From positions 18,873 to 82,872 of the IMG/VR virus record IMGVR_UViG_3300013383_000028: 64,000 nt of DNA; one strand, written 5' to 3'. This document shows, piece by piece, positions 57,302-64,000 of this stretch. The notes under the pieces are model-generated. The model did not search any database. It saw nothing but the letters and a program-made list of their open reading frames with translations, and was not told the origin of the DNA. Source of the DNA: a virus (Duplodnaviria > Caudoviricetes). Position 1 is the stretch's first letter, and every line of letters begins with the position of its first letter. The position numbers and the translations under genes are program-made.

Positions 57302-57892
57302 TCAAGCAGGGACACAAACGGCATATCCGTACCGCTTGATGTGCGACAGAGGATAATACACGTTCTCTGCACGAGAAATCCATACCGGATTCTTACGGTT
57401 CCTGATTCTGCCCTTCTCAAGAATTACGCTCCGACCGTTCTTCTGGACTGTGATCTGTGCACCAAGTGGGAGATTTTGAAGGCTGTTTGGGTCTTTCTTG
57501 GCAGCTGCTTTTTTCGCTGCGTTCTCCCGGCAGGCTGCACGCCACTCAATCGCCCATTTGTCATCGCGTGGGGAAAGCAGATTCAGAATGGAGACAGGGC
57601 ACTCACGTTCACACGGCCCCATGGATTCATCCATATCTTTGAACCCAAAGTTATATCCCTCGCGGCTGTCTACGCTCGTTAGGCAGATACCGGCGAAAAC
57701 ATAGGGCTGCTGGCCTGGGCGCGTCCTCTCGCAAGCGCCGTACCACGTCCGTCCCACCATTGCGGATTTCAGAACCCGGCACGTGTCTCCGGTTTCTTCG
57801 TTGTTCCACGTGTAAAGCTCGTCGCACTCTGCTTTGCGGTCGATGCAGCCCTTCCGCTTGTAGAATTTCGCACACTGCCAAGTCCAGCCCAT
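57302..57892 (-). CDS. DUF6927-like protein
   Basis: MGW..., VFAGICL, FGFKDMDESMGP...CP..IL.LLS, W...WR..CR. Confidence 0.65.
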   Translation of the reverse strand: MGWTWQCAKFYKRKGCIDRKAECDELYTWNNEETGDTCRVLKSAMVGRTWYGACERTRPGQQPYVFAGICLTSVDSREGYNFGFKDMDESMGPCERECPVSILNLLSPRDDKWAIEWRAACRENAAKKAAAKKDPNSLQNLPLGAQITVQKNGRSVILEKGRIRNRKNPVWISRAENVYYPLSHIKRYGYAVCVPA

Positions 57893-57983
57893 TTTAAGTA
57901 CCTCCTAGTTTTCTTGGTTTTCCTGTTCTGCTTTTGTATCTACCGGAAGCGGGAACTTCGTCCCGCCTCCGGCAAACTTTTTG

Positions 57984-59180
57984 TCAAATGGAATGATAGA
58001 GCATGCTATCGATATAGTCACCGATACAAATCGCCCACTTGTCGCCCTCACACGTCCGGTGGATTTTCGGTGTTCTGCGGATGACCGCGCCTGTCATCTG
58101 GTTTTTCAGCGTAACGGTCGCTGCGGTCGATTTGACAATTTCCCATACCTGTTTGACGCGATGCCCATCAACATATGCGCCGATTTCAAATGTTTCTCCA
58201 ACCTTGAATGGGTGAGTCGGCTTTTCCGCTTCCTGCGCCTTGACAATCTTAACGATCTCGGCGTATGCGGCAGTCAAGTCGAATCCGTTCGGCGTGCGAT
58301 AGATAAAGTTCTTCGGGCCTGTCCGCAGGACGGTGCAGTCGTTGTAATGCTTGATTTTCACAACATAGCCCGGCTTGATGTTCTCCTTGCTGAACTGCAC
58401 GCCGCCCAACTCGTCGATGCAGGACTGATAGTAGCAGATGCGTGAAATCTCAGATTCCAGGCGGTCTTCTGCGTCTTCAATCCAACGTTCGATTTCCCCG
58501 CGTTCGATTGGCGTACCGTCAAATCTGGTCTGCTGTTCGCCCATGCCGTCACATTCGAGCATGACATGGTAGTGGTCAAGGTTTTTCTGGATGGCCTTGA
58601 TGTTCTTCTGCGCGTCCTTTACACGACGGTCGCAGAATGCCTTGTCCTTGGAATTTTCTTGGTTCGCTGTTCTGCGGGCGATTTCTGCACGCTGCGCGTA
58701 ATACTCAGACTTTTTGAACTCCTCAAAGCCACGATCAAAGGCGGCAAACATGCGCTCGCGCTGCCGGGTGAACGCACGGCCTGCGGATGTGTTGATGTTC
58801 GGTTGTGTGAAGAACGCGATATCTCCGCGCCTGTCTTCAACGGGCTTTTGCAGAGCTTCGGCTCGCTGTGCCGCGGCGTCAGCTTTTATGTCCATGCGTT
58901 CCGCCCTGGCCGCTGCACGGTCTGCCTGCCGCTCCATCTTTTCTTCGAATGTCAGTTCTTCGCCGGTCTTGCCCTGGTACTCCGCACCAAGGTCTTTTGC
59001 TATGCGTTCAACATAGGAAAGGTTCGGCCGCTTTGCACGGCTTACCCAGCAGCTGCCACGGCGGGAGAAAAGAAAGTTGCTTCTGATTTTAGCCTTCGCT
59101 TCGTCCGGCATGGCCTGATACTCTTCCTTCGAAAAGTGAAGTTCGAGTTTGTCAGTCTCGCGGTTGATGATGTAATACAT
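57984..59180 (-). CDS. DUF3560-like protein
   Basis: E.K.ER...RA..RAERM...A, FTQPNI...GRAF.R.RER, ..YY..RA; start ATG 59180. Confidence 0.65.
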   Translation of the reverse strand: MYYIINRETDKLELHFSKEEYQAMPDEAKAKIRSNFLFSRRGSCWVSRAKRPNLSYVERIAKDLGAEYQGKTGEELTFEEKMERQADRAAARAERMDIKADAAAQRAEALQKPVEDRRGDIAFFTQPNINTSAGRAFTRQRERMFAAFDRGFEEFKKSEYYAQRAEIARRTANQENSKDKAFCDRRVKDAQKNIKAIQKNLDHYHVMLECDGMGEQQTRFDGTPIERGEIERWIEDAEDRLESEISRICYYQSCIDELGGVQFSKENIKPGYVVKIKHYNDCTVLRTGPKNFIYRTPNGFDLTAAYAEIVKIVKAQEAEKPTHPFKVGETFEIGAYVDGHRVKQVWEIVKSTAATVTLKNQMTGAVIRRTPKIHRTCEGDKWAICIGDYIDSMLYHSI

Positions 59181-59302
59181 TTTGAATGCCTCCGTATTCT
59201 GTAGTGTTTTTGTTTTCTTGGTTTTGTATCTACCTGAAATCTTGGTTTGTCCCGTAAATTGAAAAATTCCAAGAGAAAAGCAGGGGCATGATTCGTCCCT
59301 GC

Positions 59303-59524
59303 TCACCATCCGAAGTATATCTTTGCTACCGCGTATCTGATCTGCTCAAGGCTTGCCAGGCAGCCAGCGCAGGTTGCGTGATACTTGCAGTACTTGTATA
59401 TTTCGTACTGCCGCTCCTTCGGCAGATCTTCAAACTCGCCGCTGTTGATCATGTGCGTTTTCAGCAGTTCCAGATCGGTCAGATCTTCCATGTCAATCAT
59501 GGGGATGTTGACGTATGTTTTCAC
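59303..59524 (-). CDS. hypothetical protein
   Basis: GTG start, coupled to upstream ORF. Confidence 0.5.
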   Translation of the reverse strand: MKTYVNIPMIDMEDLTDLELLKTHMINSGEFEDLPKERQYEIYKYCKYHATCAGCLASLEQIRYAVAKIYFGW

Positions 59525-59713
59525 TCAGTAGTCCTCCTCGGCATTCAACCAAAACATTTTGAGCGGGTACACCGAACGCTTTTTAACGAGCCGTCTCAGA
59601 TTAGCGACAGCTTCCTCATAGTTCCTTGCTGGTATCTTAATCGAAATCAAGCGTCCATTTTCGTAATTCATGCCGAAAGTGTAGAGCTTCCATCCTGCGT
59701 CGTTTCTTTCCAT
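59525..59713 (-). CDS. hypothetical protein
   Basis: AAGGA SD; downstream of GGGAC motif. Confidence 0.55.
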   Translation of the reverse strand: MERNDAGWKLYTFGMNYENGRLISIKIPARNYEEAVANLRRLVKKRSVYPLKMFWLNAEEDY

Positions 59714-59807
59714 TGTTTATCCTTTCCGCCCGACTCGGGGCTGTCTGTTTTGCCCTTACACTTATTCTTCTACAGCAGGAAGCGGAAATGTCCCGCTTCC
59801 TACGAAA

Positions 59808-60140
59808 TTATTTTCTGCTATTGTGACCGTCTCCACCGTACTTATACCAGTCGGGGAGATACCCGGCATATTTTGCAGACAGGATTTCGTCATCCAGAAC
59901 GGTTTCCTTGGTTCCGTTGTCGGACATTATGAGGGAAACTAGAGCGTCGACGCAGTAGTCTTCGCAGCCTTGAAACGTCCACGTCAGGCAAGCGTAGTCC
60001 GTGACGGTCACGGTGTCGGTATCATAGTCCAGCGCTGTGATAAGCGCCGTATGTGCGTATGTGGTGATCGGCTTATGTGCTGCGCAGAGGATGGAGACGG
60101 CAGAAACGACGGCAAGCAGCAGCGCGATAATCTTTTTCAT
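59808..60140 (-). CDS. exported/membrane hypothetical protein
   Basis: Signal-peptide-like MKKIIALLLAVVSAVSILCAA. Confidence 0.6.
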   Translation of the reverse strand: MKKIIALLLAVVSAVSILCAAHKPITTYAHTALITALDYDTDTVTVTDYACLTWTFQGCEDYCVDALVSLIMSDNGTKETVLDDEILSAKYAGYLPDWYKYGGDGHNSRK

Positions 60141-60185
60141 GGTAGAACCTTTCTCCCCGTATGCCCGATAGGTCAGGCTTGGATG

Positions 60186-60848
60186 TTATGCACTCGGAAT
60201 ATCGTAGACTTTCTGCGATTCGTACCGGATGACTGCGCGCCCCTGATTGTCTTCACCGCCGTACATCGGACCGCAGAAGTTTTTGAGAATCGGCGCGCCT
60301 TGCAGCTCTACACGGCACGATACGCTGTGGAACTCCCCGGCAGTCTCGAACGCTTTTCTTAGATGCTCGACGGTTTCAAATTCCTCAATGGTCATGCGCG
60401 GTCGCGGGTCATCCGAATTTATGCTGATGACCATGTAGATTTTGCCCTTCTGTTGGATTTCTGCGAGGTGGACACGTTCGGATTCCTCGGCTAACTTCTG
60501 CTCCTGCGGGAAGCCGTCAACCAGCCCATAGAACATGTTCCGGTCAAAGCACTGAAAACTACGCGGATGCTCCCATGTGGTTTCCTGCCATCCGGAGAAT
60601 ACGGCCACAGTCTTAACTCCATAGAAACGCATGCCGTATAGCTTGCGACCGCCGCGCTTTTTGAAGTAGACCGTCAGCGCGTCTTTGTACTGCGCATACG
60701 GCTTGATCTCGGCGTATGCTGCGTTGACGTGGAGAAAATACACGCCGCCGAACTCGCTCTCGGTGACAATGGTCATTCTGGGGTTCTTGGAACCAGCTGC
60801 CGCGTTCACGGCATCGGCGATTTTTTGGAAGATTTCAAGCTGTTTCAT
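60186..60848 (-). CDS. hypothetical protein
   Basis: GGAGG SD; 220 aa. Confidence 0.65.
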   Translation of the reverse strand: MKQLEIFQKIADAVNAAAGSKNPRMTIVTESEFGGVYFLHVNAAYAEIKPYAQYKDALTVYFKKRGGRKLYGMRFYGVKTVAVFSGWQETTWEHPRSFQCFDRNMFYGLVDGFPQEQKLAEESERVHLAEIQQKGKIYMVISINSDDPRPRMTIEEFETVEHLRKAFETAGEFHSVSCRVELQGAPILKNFCGPMYGGEDNQGRAVIRYESQKVYDIPSA

Positions 60849-60936
60849 TGTATGTGACCTCCTGTTTTCTTGGTTTCCTCTACACCTTTATTGCTACCGG
60901 CGCAACTGCATTTGTCCCGCTGCGCCGGTACTTTTT

Positions 60937-61203
60937 TCAGTCGATTTCCTGCTCGGAAATCTCCCAACTGTAGATCGTGGCTTGCTCCAAGCAGTTTCGC
61001 CCGCACCGTCCGAGGTGAATGCTCATGGGTTCGTCCCAGGTCATATCCTCGTCCCAGAAATCTTCGTCGAACTCTTTGCGGATAGCGTCTGCTCCGACCT
61101 CGATCTGCGCACGGGCTTTCTCTACCGTTGAGAGAACGCCCAGGACTTCCACGCCCTCGTTGTCGGGCGTGTCCCAATGATGAACCACTACGTAAACGGT
61201 CAT
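60937..61203 (-). CDS. hypothetical acidic protein
   Basis: GGAGG SD before ATG 61203. Confidence 0.6.
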   Translation of the reverse strand: MTVYVVVHHWDTPDNEGVEVLGVLSTVEKARAQIEVGADAIRKEFDEDFWDEDMTWDEPMSIHLGRCGRNCLEQATIYSWEISEQEID

Positions 61204-61217
61204 GATTTTGCCCTCCC

Positions 61218-61376
61218 TCAAATGTAATACCAGACGATGAACTTGTTTTCGCTGCCGTCGGCGGACTGCCACGGCGTTATGCGTGCCTTGCGACGCTGTT
61301 TCTTGCGCGCTGCCACGAATGCGGCGGCTTGCTGTTCTGTGCTGAAAAACTCAAAGGTTTTGCGGTACTGGTTCAT
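61218..61376 (-). CDS. small hypothetical protein (52 aa)
   Basis: Hand-translated MNQYRKTFEFFSTEQQAAAF...FIVWYYI; SD GGAGG. Confidence 0.6.
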   Translation of the reverse strand: MNQYRKTFEFFSTEQQAAAFVAARKKQRRKARITPWQSADGSENKFIVWYYI

Positions 61377-61388
61377 GGTGGTTCCTCC

Positions 61389-61742
61389 CTATGCGATCTG
61401 CTCGGCAGGTTCTGCAAATTCCTGCGAAATTTTGAAAAGCATCATTTTTTTGAGCGCCTGTTTGCTCATGGTTTTCTCGTCGTAGCTGTTCGGCCTGTCC
61501 CAGACGAGGACGCGAAAAACACCGTTGTCGATGTCTGCGATCTCTCGGTATATGCAGACAGTCAGGCTTCCGGTGAAACAGATCTTTAGGGCGTTCAACG
61601 TGCTTGCATCGCCCCGGAAGATCTTCATTCCTGCATCCAGCAGGTGCGCGGCGGTCTCTTCGGAAAATGCAAGGGCGTGCTGTTCGACGTTCTCAAAACA
61701 GCCAAAAATGTTTTTCGCGTCGTAGTTTGCGATAAATTCCAT
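61389..61742 (-). CDS. hypothetical protein
   Basis: AAGGAGG SD. Confidence 0.6.
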   Translation of the reverse strand: MEFIANYDAKNIFGCFENVEQHALAFSEETAAHLLDAGMKIFRGDASTLNALKICFTGSLTVCIYREIADIDNGVFRVLVWDRPNSYDEKTMSKQALKKMMLFKISQEFAEPAEQIA

Positions 61743-61755
61743 GGTTCGTCCCTCC

Positions 61756-62103
61756 TTAGTCTATGATGTCTGAATCCAGCAAGATTTCGGAGTAGGCGAT
61801 CGTCGCACTGTTGCAAAGGTTGACGCGCTCCGACAGCTTCTGAAGCATGTCAATCGGCCCGGTAGCGCGGACAACATATCCGCGGCTAGGTGCGAAATCT
61901 CCGCCCTTGACAACGACCGAAAAGCGGGACATATAGCTTTCTTCTTCGTCGATTTCCTCAATGTCATCCATGCAGGCACCGCATTGCGCACAGAACGGCG
62001 TGATGTCTCTAACTTCTGCCCCGCATTCAGAACAGTGGGGTTCTCCCTGCGCGTTGTATACCCATTCGCCGAACTTCGGCCATGCTGCTTTCTTGCTTTC
62101 CAT
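61756..62103 (-). CDS. zinc-ribbon protein
   Basis: HCSECG...FCAQCGACMD. Confidence 0.7.
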   Translation of the reverse strand: MESKKAAWPKFGEWVYNAQGEPHCSECGAEVRDITPFCAQCGACMDDIEEIDEEESYMSRFSVVVKGGDFAPSRGYVVRATGPIDMLQKLSERVNLCNSATIAYSEILLDSDIID

Positions 62104-62117
62104 TTTACCGTCTCCTC

Positions 62118-62231
62118 TCACAGAATGAACTCGATCAACGAATCCGCACACAGAATGACAATGAACATTGCGGCGATTGCAGCGCCGGTCAGGAACATGT
62201 GGATTCCCGAAGTTTTGTAATAGTTTTTCAT
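62118..62231 (-). CDS. small membrane peptide (37 aa)
   Basis: MKNYYKTSGIHMFLTGAAIAAMFIVILCADSLIEFIL. Confidence 0.5.
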   Translation of the reverse strand: MKNYYKTSGIHMFLTGAAIAAMFIVILCADSLIEFIL

Positions 62232-62325
62232 ATGTAACTTCCCCCGTTCGGTAGTTTATCTTATATTTTTTGTTCTACCGAAGGGCGGGATTTGTCCCGC
62301 CCCTTATCGGAAAAACCGAACTTTT

Positions 62326-62532
62326 TTAATCGGTTTGGATAGTCGTAGCAACGTCCAGTTCCACAACGACCTTCCCATCATCCACATCCGGGTAGATCGT
62401 CTTTACATGATAATTCCCGATACCGGCGAGAATGGCCGGATTTCCAAGATCGACAGCTGACGCATAACCGTCAATACCGAGAATCCAGCTGTCAACGTTC
62501 TGGGTGTGTTCATAAATCTCTCTGACTGTCAT
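62326..62532 (-). CDS. conserved 68-aa protein, copy 4
   Basis: MTVREIYEHTQNVDSW...ELDVATTIQTD. Confidence 0.85.
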   Translation of the reverse strand: MTVREIYEHTQNVDSWILGIDGYASAVDLGNPAILAGIGNYHVKTIYPDVDDGKVVVELDVATTIQTD

Positions 62533-62547
62533 GGTTAAATCCTCCTG

Positions 62548-63294
62548 TTAATTTTCCAGAAGCGCCTTTTTCGGCGCGTGCTTGTTGATGAAGTATTTCT
62601 GACCGCGCGGGGTAACGCGTACAACCTTATCCAGCACTGTCCCAGCCTTTCCAACTCGCGGCGTTTCGCGCACGAAGAACAGACCGAGTTCCATGGCTTT
62701 CTGCGTCGGCATGTTGTAGTCCGTGCCTTTGTTCTTAATCAGATACCCTTCCTGACGCAGCTGTTCATACAGTCGGTTGCCGCCGATTTCATATCCGTTT
62801 TGAGAAAGAAGCTTCGCCATCTCGCGGACAAGGATGTTTGAATCTGCGCCGGTGACAGCTTCTGCGAAGAACACGGCAGGCGCGTCGGCTTCGATTTTCG
62901 CCTGCAACTGTTTCACCTGATTGTTTGCAATCTGCAAAGCCCGCGCCATGACCTTCTCCGGACTGTTCCACGCTTTTTCGAGTTCTACGAAGTACCGGCG
63001 GGCGATTTTGCCCTTTTCGTTGCGCTGCAACATACAGATTTCTTTTGCCATGTCAATGGTGATTGCCGCGTCATCGACGAAACGTTTGACCATTCGATTT
63101 CCTTCGTTTTGAACTCGCTCAATTTTGAGAAGGTTGAAATCGCGCCCCAACTCGAACCCGTATTCGCACATACGAGGGAACCAGTCGGCGTACTTTGTTT
63201 CAACTTCTAGGAATGCGTGCAAGTCACGCGCGGACAATGTGATTCGTTCAGGGTTTTCAGTGTTGATAGGGATGATTTTCGCCAATTCATTCAT
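62548..63294 (-). CDS. AntA/AntB + KilAC antirepressor (module 4)
   Basis: SARDLHAFLEV...YADW..RM..YGF..G.DF, ITIDMAKEICM; APAVFFAEAV...LVREMAKLL, MPTQKAMELGLF, VTPRGQ.YF. Confidence 0.88.
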   Translation of the reverse strand: MNELAKIIPINTENPERITLSARDLHAFLEVETKYADWFPRMCEYGFELGRDFNLLKIERVQNEGNRMVKRFVDDAAITIDMAKEICMLQRNEKGKIARRYFVELEKAWNSPEKVMARALQIANNQVKQLQAKIEADAPAVFFAEAVTGADSNILVREMAKLLSQNGYEIGGNRLYEQLRQEGYLIKNKGTDYNMPTQKAMELGLFFVRETPRVGKAGTVLDKVVRVTPRGQKYFINKHAPKKALLEN

Positions 63295-63340
63295 AAAATT
63301 GCTCCTTTGATCGTGTCGGTGGGGATTCATCCCTATTGCC

Positions 63341-63376
63341 AGCATAGCAAACGCTCCAAGTCGAATATGTCGCACC
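63341..63376 (-). promoter_or_regulatory. 24-bp tandem 0A-box-like element + -10, copy 3 (antirepressor 4)
   Basis: Motif 63353-63376, N6, TATGCT preceded by TG. Confidence 0.7.
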
Positions 63377-63415
63377 TATTTCTGGAAAAGGGTATAAAAA
63401 TCCCCGTGAATGTGG

Positions 63416-63530
63416 TTGACGATTCACGGGAAGTGTAGTAGAATATTTACACTTCGACCGTGAGGTCGTGGGGATTCCTCGTGCTGTCTGTCCGCCAAGA
63501 AAGAGCAGCGCGGGGAATTTTTATTTTTTG
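63416..63530 (+). ncRNA. antisense sRNA of module 4 with promoter
   Basis: TTGACG-N17-TAGAAT; CGACC-GTGA-GGTCG hairpin; 13-bp terminator + U tract overlapping the RHH stop. Confidence 0.65.
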
Positions 63531-63706
63531 TTGTCCAATTCAGCCCGAACAAGAGAAATTCCTTTGTTCACAACGTCAGTCCTAGATATTTGCAACTCTT
63601 TCGCGCAGCTATCGAGCGTTTCGAGTTCCTCTGTGCTCATGCGAAGCTGCAAACTTTTGTCTCGCTTGCTTGGCCCCTTAATTGGACGGCCTTTTGTTGG
63701 CAACAT
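63521..63706 (-). CDS. ribbon-helix-helix (CopG-like) regulator (module 4)
   Basis: GRP...RDKSLQLRMSTEELETLDSCAKELQISRTDVVNKGI. Confidence 0.8.
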   Translation of the reverse strand: MLPTKGRPIKGPSKRDKSLQLRMSTEELETLDSCAKELQISRTDVVNKGISLVRAELDNKK

Positions 63707-63733
63707 TTCATCACTCCTTTTTGCCATGGCTTA

Positions 63734-63762
63734 ATTGTACATTATGCAGTGGCAAAAGTCAA
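63734..63762 (-). promoter_or_regulatory. module 4 promoter
   Basis: TTGACT-N17-TACAAT with imperfect TGCCA/TGGCA palindromes. Confidence 0.7.
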
Positions 63763-63872
63763 CCATAAATTTCTCGATCTCAGGAAAATTTTCTATCTAT
63801 CTTTATATCTACAGGAACAAGTGATTTGTCCCGGAAAATCACATAAAATATGTGCCGATCTGACAAAAGAGT

Positions 63873-63899
63873 AAGCCGTCCCGGATGGGGCGGCTTTTT
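63873..63899 (+). terminator. intrinsic terminator
   Basis: AAGCCGTCCC-GGAT-GGGGCGGCTTTTT. Confidence 0.7.
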
Positions 63900-64000
63900 G
63901 TATATATACGGATATTTATTCATAAAATGTAACACAAGGCGAACAGACCGCGAACATTGTTACACCAGAGATAGAGAATAGAGATAGAGATAAAGAGATT

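Larger units (their letters stand above)
43632..63833 (-). repeat. dispersed CGGGACAAA-N12/13-GTAGAW motif, about 11 intergenic copies
   Basis: TCTAC(+) at 45996, 47445, 54971, 56410, 57939, 59229, 59769, 62274, 63808; variants at 43632 and 60893; GTCCC follows after 15-16 nt. Confidence 0.75.

Noticed and set aside
1-64000. CRISPR array or cas genes
   Set aside because: No regularly spaced repeat-spacer series seen; the repeats found are dispersed regulatory motifs.

Overview
64 kb segment of a large tailed (siphovirus-like), probably temperate phage. The host is probably a spore-forming gut Bacillota/Clostridia, inferred from sigmaA-type promoters, Gram-positive lysis genes and a Spo0A homologue. 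The + strand (1-45 kb) carries accessory genes including the anti-Thoeris sponge Tad1, then terminase, portal, protease/scaffold, capsid, head-tail, fibre, tail, tape measure, baseplate/receptor-binding and lysis genes, then a toxin-antitoxin moron region. The - strand (45-64 kb) carries early/regulatory genes: XRE regulator, cysteine desulfurase, orphan MazF-like RNase, HU, five tRNAs with tRNA-like RNAs, tyrosine recombinase, Spo0A effector-domain protein and many small genes. Main unexplained structures: (1) four copies of an RHH - antisense sRNA - antirepressor - conserved 68-aa gene module resembling P22 arc-sar-ant; (2) three dual-hairpin/terminator RNA elements gating the head, tail and lysis blocks; (3) an identical 24-bp tandem 0A-box-like promoter element in front of the phage Spo0A-C, the recombinase and one antirepressor; (4) an in-frame TAA flanked by matched GGC codons in terL; (5) a 676-bp lectin-domain cassette nested inside another lectin domain; (6) about 11 copies of a GGGAC-N15/16-GTAGA promoter-like motif. 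All annotations come from reading the sequence by eye; no database search was run.
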